A stretch of DNA of 64,000 nucleotides from Marivita sp. (GCF_965656765.1 NZ_CBFHLV010000006.1:21195-85194), one strand, 5' to 3'. Counted from the first letter of the stretch, positions 20,050 to 33,626 are shown. A program made the numbers and translations. Notes: generated by a model not told the origin, from the letters alone.

Positions 20050-21288
20050 TCAGACGGTTTCTTCCTTGGGTCGCAGCATCAGCCAGATCAATGCGCCACC
20101 GGCGAGCATCAGGAACGGGGCCATTGCCATGTTCACCGCGCTCCAGCCTTCGACCGGGGTGCCGCCGGAGCAATTGAGCAGGCCGCCCGAGGCTAGCGAG
20201 GCTACGGTCACGCCACCAAAGACCAACACATCGTTCATGCCCTGCACGCGGCCGCGCTCGTGCGGCTCGTGGGCTGCGGTCAGCATTGCGGTTGCGCCGA
20301 TAAAGCCAAAGTTCCAACCGAAACCAAGTAGGATCAAAGCAACATAAAAGTTCGCGATATCAACTCCTTGCAGAGCGACTGCGCCAGCCGCGGCCAGAAT
20401 GAGCAGCCCGGTCGCGACGATCTTTTCGACGCCGAAGCGTACGATCAAATGGCCTGTAAAGAAGGATGGAATGAACATCGCCAAAACATGCGCTGACACG
20501 ATGTCAGCGGCCGTGTTGGCTGTAAACCCGCACCCAACTACGGCCAGCGGAGTGGAGGTCATGACGAGGTTCATAAGCGCATAGGTGACCATCGCACAAA
20601 TGATCGCGACAGCGATGCGCGGGGTCTTCAACAGCTCTAACCGGGTGCGGCCCTTTGGGTCGTCTGCGTGCGGAGCTTTGGGCTTTGGGATATCGAGGAA
20701 CAGAAACAGCGCGGAGCCGACGATATTCAGTATGATCACCGCGAAATAGGTGCCCAAGAACGGAACCACATAGGAATCTGCAGTTGCCTTGACCAACTGT
20801 GGCCCGATCACCGCGGCGGCCAATCCGCCCGCCATCACATAAGAAATCGCTTTGGGGCGGAATTCATCCGTGGCAGTATCGGCGGCGGCAAAGCGGTAAA
20901 ACCCTTGCGCCGACATATAGATGCCGGTCAAAAAGCTGCCGACAAGGAAGACCGGGAACGACGCGATATAAAGACCGTAAGCACCAATCGCGCCGCCCAG
21001 CGCGCCGCCCATCGCACCCACAGCAAACCCGGCGCGCCGTCCGAATTTCTGCATGAAGGCGGAAATCGGCGTGGCCGTTGTCATCGACCCAAGTACGATC
21101 AGGGAAATCGGCAAGGTGGCGAAACAGATGTTTGAGGCCAATGACTGCCCGGCCAAGCCGCCAACTGTAAACAGCATCGGCATTTGTGAGCCTAGAATGG
21201 CTTGGGCGAGAACCAGAACGAAGACGTTGCGCTTGGCGCGTCGATTTTCTGTGGCGTCGTCGGGTGTGGCGTGGTCAATTGTGCTCAT
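20050..21288 (-). CDS. MFS transporter
   Basis: About 12 TM; FMQKFGRR loop motif; FYRFAAADTA; start trimmed to MSTIDH. Confidence 0.92.
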   Translation of the reverse strand: MSTIDHATPDDATENRRAKRNVFVLVLAQAILGSQMPMLFTVGGLAGQSLASNICFATLPISLIVLGSMTTATPISAFMQKFGRRAGFAVGAMGGALGGAIGAYGLYIASFPVFLVGSFLTGIYMSAQGFYRFAAADTATDEFRPKAISYVMAGGLAAAVIGPQLVKATADSYVVPFLGTYFAVIILNIVGSALFLFLDIPKPKAPHADDPKGRTRLELLKTPRIAVAIICAMVTYALMNLVMTSTPLAVVGCGFTANTAADIVSAHVLAMFIPSFFTGHLIVRFGVEKIVATGLLILAAAGAVALQGVDIANFYVALILLGFGWNFGFIGATAMLTAAHEPHERGRVQGMNDVLVFGGVTVASLASGGLLNCSGGTPVEGWSAVNMAMAPFLMLAGGALIWLMLRPKEETV

Positions 21289-21374
21289 GAAAGCAGCGTT
21301 AGGTCCAAATTCCATTTCCTGCAAGTGTGACCGCGCACGCGTGGCGCTTTGCCTCGCGAATTTCTGAGCGATTG

Positions 21375-22118
21375 ATGATGCGGGATTTCGACGGCTCGAA
21401 TTCGGCTGGTTCCAGAACAGTGACGATCCTTGGTGGGTCGGCTGAAGCGCGCGATTTGGCTGCGCGGCTGGGGGATTGGGCTCAGCTTTGGTTGCCGGCA
21501 AAAGATCGCGTGACCGGACAGGGTGGATCGGATCCGATGCGTCTGGACGAGGCAATGGGAACTGCGTCTGCGCTGGTGGTGGCTCCGCATCCCTGCGATG
21601 TGGACACGTTAAACTTGGGCTCGCGGATAGCTGCAAAGACGGGCCTTGCGCATTTGACATTGGCGCGCCCCGAATGGCGTCCGACGCGTCAGGATCAATG
21701 GATTGATCTGCGGTTTGTGCGTGATGCGGCGCATGCCATTCCTGCAGGGGCCAAGGTTCTGGTCACGCTGGGACGGCCTGCGTTGCAAGAGTTAAAGGCG
21801 CTGCGCCATGCCTATCTATTCGTTCGTCAGTTGACTGAACATAACGACGCCTGTCCACTGAAATACGGTCGCTTTTTGCATGGCACAGCGCCTTTCACCG
21901 TCAGGCAGGAAATCGCTCTTATGCGCAAGTTTCGGATCGACGCGGTGCTCACCCGCAATGCAGGTGGGCCGGGTGGTTGGCCCAAGATCGCAGCTGCTCG
22001 TGCATTGGGATTGCCGGTTTACATGGTGGCGCGACCGCGTTTTGTGTCGGGACCCGTGGTCACGTCAGTCGCGGCCGCAATGGATTGGATTGAGGAACTT
22101 CTGTGGTTGGACGCCTGA
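21375..22118 (+). CDS. cobK: Precorrin-6A reductase (CobK/CbiJ)-like protein
   Basis: ILGGSAEARDLA, RPEWRP..QDQW, VLVTLGR, PFTVRQEIALMRKFRIDAVLTRNAGG, KIAAARALGLPVYMVARP; divergent paralog-like. Confidence 0.75.
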   Translation: MMRDFDGSNSAGSRTVTILGGSAEARDLAARLGDWAQLWLPAKDRVTGQGGSDPMRLDEAMGTASALVVAPHPCDVDTLNLGSRIAAKTGLAHLTLARPEWRPTRQDQWIDLRFVRDAAHAIPAGAKVLVTLGRPALQELKALRHAYLFVRQLTEHNDACPLKYGRFLHGTAPFTVRQEIALMRKFRIDAVLTRNAGGPGGWPKIAAARALGLPVYMVARPRFVSGPVVTSVAAAMDWIEELLWLDA

Positions 22119-22732
22119 TCGAAACGGACGACTGCGTGCTGGAAGGTGCGGAGTGGCTGGCCAAAGCCGAACCGCGATTTGCCGACGTATTGGAGCAGAC
22201 CGGTCCGTTGCCGTTACGGCGCAGGCCGGATGGGTTCGCGCAATTGCTGAGTGCGATTGTCAGTCAGCAGGTCAGTGTCGCGTCAGCGCGGGCCATCTGG
22301 GCAAAGCTTGAGACCGCTGGTGCGGTAACGCCAGACGCCGTGTTGCGCTTTGATCAGGACGGGCTGCGCGAGCTGGGTCTTAGCCGTCAGAAGGCGCGTT
22401 ATGCCTGTGCATTGGCCGAGGCGGGCATCGACTATGACGCGCTGCGCCACGCGCCGAATGACGAGGTGATCAAGACACTGACTGCCGTAACCGGGATCGG
22501 TGTCTGGACCGCCGAGATCTACGCGATGTTTTCATTGGGGCGGGCAGATGTCTTTGCGCCGGGTGATCTGGCCTTGCAGGAAAGCGCTCGAATGCTGTTC
22601 GATCTGCCAGAACGCCCCAAGGAGAAACTGCTGCGGACAATGGCCGAGGCCTGGAGCCCATGGAGATCGGTTGCGGCGCGCGCGCTCTGGGCCTACTACC
22701 ACGTTGCAAAAGACCGAGAGGGGATCGCATGA
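22103..22732 (+). CDS. DNA-3-methyladenine glycosylase II family (HhH-GPD, AlkA-like)
   Basis: AIVSQQVSVASARAI, GLSRQKARY, VTGIGVWTAEIY, FAPGDLALQE, WSPWRSVAARALW. Confidence 0.93.
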   Translation: MVGRLIETDDCVLEGAEWLAKAEPRFADVLEQTGPLPLRRRPDGFAQLLSAIVSQQVSVASARAIWAKLETAGAVTPDAVLRFDQDGLRELGLSRQKARYACALAEAGIDYDALRHAPNDEVIKTLTAVTGIGVWTAEIYAMFSLGRADVFAPGDLALQESARMLFDLPERPKEKLLRTMAEAWSPWRSVAARALWAYYHVAKDREGIA

Positions 22733-23394
22733 CACGGGTTTTGAACGCCGAACGCAAGGAACCGGTATCCGGTGAAACCCGCTCTGCGGTGGTGTTCTTG
22801 CATGGCTATGGGGCCAATGGCGCCGACCTTTTGGGGCTCGCCGATCCGTTGGGCGAACATCTGCCGGATACTCTGTTCGTGGCACCCGATGCGCCCGAAG
22901 CCTGTGCCGGGGCGCCGTTTGGATTTCAATGGTTCCCAATCCCTTGGATTGATGGGTCGTCCGAAGAAGAATCGATGTCCGGAATGGCCAGTGCAGTCAA
23001 TGACTTGAACGCCTTTCTTGATGCGTTAATGGTGGATGAGGACTTGCTGCCGGAACAGGTTGTGCTGTTTGGTTTCAGCCAAGGTACGATGATGGGTCTT
23101 CATGTGGCGCCACGCCGCGAAGATCCGATTGCCGGGATGGTGGCGTTTTCGGGACGGTTGCTTGAGCCAGAGCTACTGGTCGATGAGGTGGTCAGCCGCT
23201 TTCCGATCCTTCTGGTGCACGGCGACCAAGACGATGTCGTGCCTCCTCAATCGCTGCCCGAGGCAGCCGAGGCGTTGCAGAACGCAGGGTGGGAAGACGT
23301 GTTTGCCCATATCATGAAGGGCACGGCGCATGGCATTGCACCAGACGGGTTGCAGGTGGCATTGGCCTTTATGCGGGACAAGTGCAACCTGTGA
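22729..23394 (+). CDS. Phospholipase/carboxylesterase family alpha/beta hydrolase
   Basis: FLHGYGANGADL, GFSQG nucleophile, LVHGDQDDVV, HGI triad residues. Confidence 0.93.
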   Translation: MTRVLNAERKEPVSGETRSAVVFLHGYGANGADLLGLADPLGEHLPDTLFVAPDAPEACAGAPFGFQWFPIPWIDGSSEEESMSGMASAVNDLNAFLDALMVDEDLLPEQVVLFGFSQGTMMGLHVAPRREDPIAGMVAFSGRLLEPELLVDEVVSRFPILLVHGDQDDVVPPQSLPEAAEALQNAGWEDVFAHIMKGTAHGIAPDGLQVALAFMRDKCNL

Positions 23395-23416
23395 TGGCTC
23401 ACCAGATGGGTTGCGC

Positions 23417-25219
23417 TTAGGCCAGCCCGTCGACCGCATCCGCGAGTTCAAGGAAATCCGGATATTGCGTTATGAATTGTGCATGATGGTTCGGGAACCG
23501 TTGCGCAAAACGATCCAGAAGTGCGCGGCACTCGGTTAATCGCCCCAACCTTCGGCTAAGCCAAATGCAGCGGATCACCGGGCGCTGGTCTTTGGGATGC
23601 ATCGTGATCTTTTGCTGAAAGCCGTCATACATCCCGCCCAAATCGCGGTTGTGGTGACATTGGTGTATATAGAGATCCAGCAACCTGTCCCGATACTGCG
23701 GCGGGGCCTTTTCGAGCGCCCGCAGGGTTTCGGCCTTGAGGTCACGTGCGGTGATATCAAACGAAAACCGGTTCATCTCTAGATCATCGATCAGCTTGAA
23801 ATAGCGCGATTTGTAGGTGTCAAAGGAATAGTCTTTAACCGAAGCTTGGCTTGCCCCTGCATAACGGTTGCGGTCGGTGTGCACCTTGAGGATGGCCGCT
23901 GCTATGGCGTCGATATCGCCGGGTTGCACCAGTTCGCCATTGTGTCCGGGTGTGATCATTTCACGGGGGCCATAGTCGACGTCATAGCTGATCACCGGGC
24001 AGCCGCAGGTCAGCGCTTCGAGCAGTGCAAGGCCAAAGCCTTCGGTCAATGTTGGGGCCAGCGAAAACAGTGATTGGCTGAACACTTGCGCCGGGTTTGC
24101 CGTGTGGCCCATCAGCATGACACGGTCGCCGCAATTATGGTGGTCGATCAACTGCTGCAACCGCGCTTGGCCAAGACCTGACCCGTAGATCAAGTAATTG
24201 CAGTCCGGGATCTGGTGCATGATGCGGGTAAAGGCTTCAATGCATTGGTGGATCGGCTTTCCCGTCAACTCAAGCCGCGACACGGTGCAGATGTGGGCCG
24301 GTTTCTCGCAGTTGGTATTGGTCACTTCGGTGTAATGCGGGATCACCCGGATCGGCGCGCGGTTGTTGATGTCTTCTTCAAGCCGTTCCTTATGTGCCCG
24401 GGTCGCGGTTACAATCGCGTCGCCGTCGAACGCTTCAATCAAACTGCGCGACCGCGGTACGATTTTGCCGGATGGGTTGCGATGATCGGCATGCAGAAAC
24501 AAAACCTTTTTCGCCTTGATCGGTCTTTGCAGATAAGCTGAAGTGACACCGTCTATGAACACGATACTGTCTTCGGGAAAGAACTGCGCAACCAGCATTC
24601 GGTGATGTGCAGTGTCGTCATTAAACGTTCGATCAAGCCCAAAATCCCGAATCCAGAGCAAAGCACCATGTTCGCGCCGGGTCCGGCACCGGGGCGCGCC
24701 ATCAGAAAACGCAGTCTTTTCAACCAGACCTTCGCCAAGTTGTACGCGGGATTCGACAAGATCATCGTTTAGATATTTCAGCCGGATGTCCTGATCCGTG
24801 TCTCCGAGAATACGCCGCACCGTCAGGGTGCCGGCGACAGTGGGTTCGAGACTGTCACGCATCACCGGTGTGCCGTGTTTGAAATAGGTGATCCGTGTTT
24901 TCTTACCTTCAGCGGTTTTCTGATCGTCCCAGCTGGGTAGGGTGGTTTCGGCCACGGCAGTAACACTGCTTTCTGGCACACAAAGTTCGTGGATGGAGCG
25001 ATGTGCGATACGGTCGGAAAGCAACCCGCTGTGCACCAGATCGGCAAAGGCGATCTTTTGATTGCAGCTGTGTTGCAGGTTGAGCAACGTCACTCGCGTG
25101 TTTGGGCGATCTGCCAGCAGGTTCATGCGTTTGAACACTGCATTGACCTTCCCACCCCCAACATTCGCACCAAGCTTTGGCACGATACACATGATGTGGC
25201 TGGGATCGGCTGGCGGCAT
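23417..25219 (-). CDS. GT4 glycosyltransferase (TagE/GtfA-like) with C-terminal helical extension
   Basis: VSRLELTGKPIH, TEGFGLALLEALTCGCPVISYDVDYGPREMI..G.NG.LV; start taken as MPPADP. Confidence 0.85.
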   Translation of the reverse strand: MPPADPSHIMCIVPKLGANVGGGKVNAVFKRMNLLADRPNTRVTLLNLQHSCNQKIAFADLVHSGLLSDRIAHRSIHELCVPESSVTAVAETTLPSWDDQKTAEGKKTRITYFKHGTPVMRDSLEPTVAGTLTVRRILGDTDQDIRLKYLNDDLVESRVQLGEGLVEKTAFSDGAPRCRTRREHGALLWIRDFGLDRTFNDDTAHHRMLVAQFFPEDSIVFIDGVTSAYLQRPIKAKKVLFLHADHRNPSGKIVPRSRSLIEAFDGDAIVTATRAHKERLEEDINNRAPIRVIPHYTEVTNTNCEKPAHICTVSRLELTGKPIHQCIEAFTRIMHQIPDCNYLIYGSGLGQARLQQLIDHHNCGDRVMLMGHTANPAQVFSQSLFSLAPTLTEGFGLALLEALTCGCPVISYDVDYGPREMITPGHNGELVQPGDIDAIAAAILKVHTDRNRYAGASQASVKDYSFDTYKSRYFKLIDDLEMNRFSFDITARDLKAETLRALEKAPPQYRDRLLDLYIHQCHHNRDLGGMYDGFQQKITMHPKDQRPVIRCIWLSRRLGRLTECRALLDRFAQRFPNHHAQFITQYPDFLELADAVDGLA

Positions 25220-25400
25220 ACGAGATCGGTTCAAGGACAGATGTGATCTCACTCTCTGCGAAACGTCAGCCGGACGCAATGAAAAGCCCTCTGATGAATG
25301 TCTCGACGGATCAGCTTGTGAACAGTAGCATCTTTCAACACGATCTTGCGGCGGCTCCACAAGGCGTGGCGCCCCCCGATTTCAAAAAAGGAGATCTGCC

Positions 25401-25940
25401 ATGCCCAGCCTTCTTGCAACCTCTACCGTTCACCCCGTTTGGCGCGATCAGGATGTCGGTGCTTTGATGCCTGCCGCGGTTCCATCGACGAGGCTTGATG
25501 ATGCGGTTGGGTTGGCTTTGGTCCAATGCGCAAAGAAACGCATGGATAGTGCAATGGGCTGTGGCGGAGGCACGGATTACGCGCGTCTCACATTCGATAC
25601 AGGTGGTTTGCGCGGTCTGTGTTTCGTCGCCGCTGATGAAGTGGCCCGCTATCTCGTTGCCCAAGGTGAGAACGCCAAAGCTGTCATGGTGAAACCAGCG
25701 GGGGGAAGCGATCACTATTTTACGATCGTGAACAACGGAAACGCCCAGAATTCCGTGGTCATCGACGCCACGTGGAAGCAATTTCAGGAAGGTACGGCGG
25801 ACAAACCGTTTTGCATCGCCGGAAAGCTAGGGTCTATCCGCTTTGTCTTTGGCCGCGATTCCGAGATCGTTGATATCTATGAGACCGGCATGACTGTTTT
25901 GGGCCAGTGGGACACCTACCAGTGTTTCCCTGATCCCTGA
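25401..25940 (+). CDS. Hypothetical protein with putative Cys-His-Asp papain/transglutaminase-like triad
   Basis: Strong AAAGGAG SD; GLC74 at start of a helix, SDH105YFTIV strand, VID122ATWKQF strand. Confidence 0.7.
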   Translation: MPSLLATSTVHPVWRDQDVGALMPAAVPSTRLDDAVGLALVQCAKKRMDSAMGCGGGTDYARLTFDTGGLRGLCFVAADEVARYLVAQGENAKAVMVKPAGGSDHYFTIVNNGNAQNSVVIDATWKQFQEGTADKPFCIAGKLGSIRFVFGRDSEIVDIYETGMTVLGQWDTYQCFPDP

Positions 25941-25946
25941 CGCGGT

Positions 25947-27086
25947 TCAGCCGCGCCAGATCCAGCCACCGCCCAGGATACGGCTTCCTTCAGTTTGGTA
26001 GAACACGCAGGCTTGACCGGGTGACACGCCTTCTTCGGGTGTCAGCAATTCGACCTCGGCTTCGGTTTCCGAAAGCGGTCGAATGATAGCCTCGCGCGGT
26101 GGGCGGGTAGACCGCACTTTGACCGACACATGCCACTCGGGCTGGCTGGTAAAGTCAACATCACCAAGCCAATTGATCTCGCGCACTGGGATGGTACGGG
26201 TGGACAGCATGTCTTTGGGGCCGACGATCACCTGCTTGGTATCCACATCCAGCTTGACCACGTAGAGCGGATCGCTCAGCCCGCCGATACCAAGACCGCG
26301 CCGCTGCCCGATAGTGTAATGGATCACACCGTCATGCGTGCCCAGAACGCGGCCATCAGCATGCACGATCTCGCCCGGTTCCGCAGCGCCGGGGCGCAGC
26401 TTTTCGATTACGCTGGCATAGTTGCCATTCGGCACGAAACAGATGTCCTGACTGTCGGGTTTGTCCGCCACTTGCAAACCATAGCGCGCCGCCAATTCGC
26501 GGGTGGCGTCCTTGGACGGCAAATGGCCCAGAGGAAAGCGCAGGTAATTCAACTGTTCGGGTGTGGTCGAGAACAGGAAATAGCTTTGATCGCGATTTGC
26601 ATCTTCGGCGCTATGCAACTCGGGTCCGTACTCACCCATTTTGCGCTGGATGTAATGTCCGGTCGCCATGCAATCGGCCTCAAGGTCTTTGGCGGTTTCC
26701 AGCAGATCTTTGAACTTCACCCGCTCATTGCAACGAATGCAGGGCACAGGTGTTGCGCCGGCAAGGTAGCTGTCGGCAAATTCGTCAATCACGGCGTCCT
26801 TGAAGATGTTCTCGTAGTCCAGCACGTAATGGGGGAAACCCATATCCTCGGCCACGCGGCGCGCATCGTGAATGTCGATCCCGGCGCAGCAAGCGCCTTT
26901 TTTGGCCAGGGCCGCCCCGTGATCATAAAGCTGCAGCGTCACACCGACCACGTCATAGCCTTCTTCGGCCAATTGAGCGGCCACCACGGAACTGTCCACG
27001 CCACCCGACATCGCCACAACCACGCGGGTCTCCGAGGGCGGCTTAGCAAAACCAAGCGAATTGAGGATCGGCGCATCGAGGGCCAT
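25947..27086 (-). CDS. mnmA: tRNA 2-thiouridine(34) synthase
   Basis: [14 protein letters not shown]-loop, [38 protein letters not shown]. Confidence 0.98.
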   Translation of the reverse strand: MALDAPILNSLGFAKPPSETRVVVAMSGGVDSSVVAAQLAEEGYDVVGVTLQLYDHGAALAKKGACCAGIDIHDARRVAEDMGFPHYVLDYENIFKDAVIDEFADSYLAGATPVPCIRCNERVKFKDLLETAKDLEADCMATGHYIQRKMGEYGPELHSAEDANRDQSYFLFSTTPEQLNYLRFPLGHLPSKDATRELAARYGLQVADKPDSQDICFVPNGNYASVIEKLRPGAAEPGEIVHADGRVLGTHDGVIHYTIGQRRGLGIGGLSDPLYVVKLDVDTKQVIVGPKDMLSTRTIPVREINWLGDVDFTSQPEWHVSVKVRSTRPPREAIIRPLSETEAEVELLTPEEGVSPGQACVFYQTEGSRILGGGWIWRG

Positions 27087-27232
27087 TGGGGTGTCTCCGG
27101 ACAGGGTAGGGGTGATCGCGCAAAATATAGGTAAATCCGACATACTCTCAACCCTTGGCTTCACGTCACATTAAGGGTGATGTCGCAAAGGTGCCCATAA
27201 GCAGGAATTCAGGGCTTGGAAAGGGCTGGAAC

Positions 27233-27505
27233 ATGTATCTGAAAAAAGCGAACGGCCCCCGCACGGTCACTTTGACGGATGGCACAATTCTGTCGCATGC
27301 CGATCTGCCACCGCCCAACACCTATCGCTGGGTTGCCTCGCGCAAGGCGGTGGTGGTGGATGCGGTGTTGCACCACCTTATCTCGAAGCAAGAGGCGCTT
27401 TCTCGGTATGAGCTGAGCGAAGAAGAACTTGATGCCTGGATCGCCGCTTCGATGTTGCACGGCCGCGACGCTCTAAAAGCAACAGCGGTACAGCGATACC
27501 GGTGA
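27233..27505 (+). CDS. sciP: CtrA inhibitor SciP (DUF1153)
   Basis: DLPPPNTYRWVASRKAVVV..V...LIS..EA..RY.LS.EE...W...HG..ALKAT..QRYR; upstream of ctrA. Confidence 0.93.
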   Translation: MYLKKANGPRTVTLTDGTILSHADLPPPNTYRWVASRKAVVVDAVLHHLISKQEALSRYELSEEELDAWIAASMLHGRDALKATAVQRYR

Positions 27506-27515
27506 GGGCAGCGCG

Positions 27516-27570
27516 TTAATTCAATCTTAAGTTGTTTGCAGTCAATCTGCCATGCTAACGTAAGGTTAAC
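27516..27570 (+). promoter_or_regulatory. Two CtrA boxes in the ctrA promoter
   Basis: TTAA-TTCAATC-TTAA (27516-30) and CTAA-CGTAAGG-TTAAC (27555-70) versus consensus TTAA-N7-TTAAC. Confidence 0.85.
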
Positions 27571-27622
27571 CTTTTCACGCCAGTGTCCCGATTGCCGGAC
27601 ACTGACATTGCGGAGAAACTTG

Positions 27623-28333
27623 ATGCGCGTACTCTTGGTCGAAGACGACCCGACGACGTCGAAAAGCATCGAATTGATGTTGGGCAATGCCAATTTGAAT
27701 GTCTATTCCACCGATCTTGGGGAAGAAGGCATCGATCTGGCCAAGCTGTATGACTACGATTTGATCCTTCTTGATTTGAACTTGCCAGATATGAATGGCT
27801 TGGATGTTTTGCGGCAATTGCGGCTCGCGCGTATCGAAACGCCGATCCTGATCCTTTCGGGCAACGATGCCAGCGAAGACAAGATCAGGGGCTTTGGTTT
27901 TGGGGCAGATGATTATCTGACCAAACCGTTCCATCGCGAAGAACTGATCGCGCGGATCCACGCGATTATCCGGCGTTCCAAGGGGCATTCCCAGTCGATC
28001 ATCCGCACCGGGAAGGTTGAGGTCAATCTCGACGCAAAAACCGTGCAGGTCCGCGGCAACACGGTGCACCTGACGGGTAAGGAATACCAAATGCTCGAAC
28101 TGCTTAGCCTGCGGAAAGGGACAACCCTGACGAAAGAAATGTTTCTGAACCATCTCTATGGCGGCATGGATGAACCAGAACTCAAGATCATTGACGTGTT
28201 CATTTGTAAATTGCGCAAGAAACTCTCTGAAGCGACCGGCGATGGCAGCCATATCGAGACCGTTTGGGGCCGTGGTTACGTGCTGCGCGATCCCGAAGTG
28301 GATGAAGACGCGCGCATTGCCATTGGCGCGTAG
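27623..28333 (+). CDS. ctrA: Response regulator CtrA
   Basis: [83 protein letters not shown]. Confidence 0.98.
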   Translation: MRVLLVEDDPTTSKSIELMLGNANLNVYSTDLGEEGIDLAKLYDYDLILLDLNLPDMNGLDVLRQLRLARIETPILILSGNDASEDKIRGFGFGADDYLTKPFHREELIARIHAIIRRSKGHSQSIIRTGKVEVNLDAKTVQVRGNTVHLTGKEYQMLELLSLRKGTTLTKEMFLNHLYGGMDEPELKIIDVFICKLRKKLSEATGDGSHIETVWGRGYVLRDPEVDEDARIAIGA

Positions 28334-28478
28334 CAGCGTGTGTGATTGACGGCTTGTCTCTGTTGATTGGGGGCTTGCCGCTGCCTTGCTGACGTCAAGT
28401 TGCAGGTTCTGCACAGAATCGTCTTTTCAAATCTGGACGCTGTGCACCCCCGGGCCTATCACTCTGTCCAAGACTTGA

Positions 28479-32704
<4,226 letters not shown>

Positions 32705-32712
32705 CCGCTTTT

Positions 32713-32775
32713 GTTCTCAAATGTTCTCATAAAGTTCTTTACAGATTGTTCTGAATGTGAGAACAAAGGAGCAAC
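32713..32775 (+). promoter_or_regulatory. Alphaproteobacterial LexA (SOS) boxes
   Basis: Exact GTTC-N7-GTTC (32723-37), near-match GAAC-N7-CAAC (32761-75), extra GTTC half-sites at 32713 and 32748. Confidence 0.8.
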
Positions 32776-32790
32776 AAGGAGGACATCATC

Positions 32791-32925
32791 ATGATGCAGC
32801 GGATCAAAACCACGCTTCACACGGCCAAGGCCCAAACCAATACAGCGCTTCTTCAGGATGCGCTTGGTGCCATGTCTTTGATCGTGATGCTGGTCGCAGC
32901 GCTGCATCTGCCGGTGCTTGTCTGA
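32791..32925 (+). CDS. 44-aa putative SOS-induced membrane microprotein
   Basis: AAGGAGG SD 8 nt before ATG; MMQRIKTTLHTAKAQTNTALLQDALGAMSLIVMLVAALHLPVLV; hydrophobic C-terminal half. Confidence 0.78.
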   Translation: MMQRIKTTLHTAKAQTNTALLQDALGAMSLIVMLVAALHLPVLV

Positions 32926-33048
32926 CTTTGTTTTCTGCCTGCGTGTTTTGCCTGAACGCTCATTCGCATCCTGTCCCAACTGATGCACCTGTTCCAGAAG
33001 GTTGCCTGCCTTCAGAGCGATGACGGCCCCCAACGAACACGTCACTTT

Positions 33049-33084
33049 ACCGCCGCCTTCTTTTGAAGTGCGGCGGTTTTTTTA
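33049..33084 (+). terminator. Intrinsic terminator
   Basis: ACCGCCGC-CTTC-TTTT-GAAG-T-GCGGCGGT followed by a T run. Confidence 0.85.
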
Positions 33085-33105
33085 TTAGATGGTAAAATTC
33101 TGGGA

Positions 33106-33558
33106 TCAGGCGGTTTGCGTTTCCGCAAGCTGGACCACGGCGTCAGATGCGGCCTCGAGCGTTAGTAGGATCGAGGCATGGCGGTTTTTGAACGCCACGG
33201 CCGGGCGCAAAACCTCTAACCCGTCGAACGGCGCCGCAGGTGTTGGGCCGTCTTCTTTCAGCATGACGCGCAATTCATCCCGCGCTTGCGTGATTTGATC
33301 GGGCGTACAGCCCATAATCGCGCTGCCCACAACCGATGCTGCGGCCTGGCCCAAAGCGCAAGCTTTGACGTCCTGACCAAAGTCGCTGACTTTGCCGTTC
33401 TCCATTGTCAGATCGACGGTCACTGTCGATCCGCACAAAGGCGAGCGTTTCTTGACCGTCGCACCGGGCGCGTCGAGCCGGGTGTGATGGGGAATGTCCG
33501 CAGCCAATTCGAGGATGCGCGCGGAATAAAGCTTGATCAGATCGGTGTCGCCGGACAT
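33106..33558 (-). CDS. IscU/NifU-like Fe-S scaffold family protein
   Basis: SPLCGSTVTVDL, QDVKACALGQAAA, RHASILL; start trimmed to MSGDTD. Confidence 0.88.
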   Translation of the reverse strand: MSGDTDLIKLYSARILELAADIPHHTRLDAPGATVKKRSPLCGSTVTVDLTMENGKVSDFGQDVKACALGQAAASVVGSAIMGCTPDQITQARDELRVMLKEDGPTPAAPFDGLEVLRPAVAFKNRHASILLTLEAASDAVVQLAETQTA

Positions 33559-33626
33559 GGCTTTCCCTTTCGCCGTTCCACCCATAGATAGGGGACCAAA
33601 CGGCGGATGCAAAAAGGTTTTTCCCC

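Noticed and set aside
20050-21660. Apparent 536-aa MFS protein; similar N-terminal extensions in the ORF track for the aminotransferase, GT4, mnmA, ctrA, cinA and MttB genes
   Set aside because: The track uses the most upstream start codon; the extensions overlap neighbouring genes or promoters and lack family features, so starts were trimmed.
25348-25400. Hairpin (CCAC-AAGGC-GTGG) upstream of the orphan 25401 gene as a riboswitch
   Set aside because: Too short and does not match any riboswitch consensus I can recognise; an Rfam scan would be needed.
26130-28414. Antisense ORFs 26130..27134 (+) and 27575..28414 (-) over mnmA and ctrA
   Set aside because: They fully overlap highly conserved genes on the opposite strand; codon-mirror artefacts.
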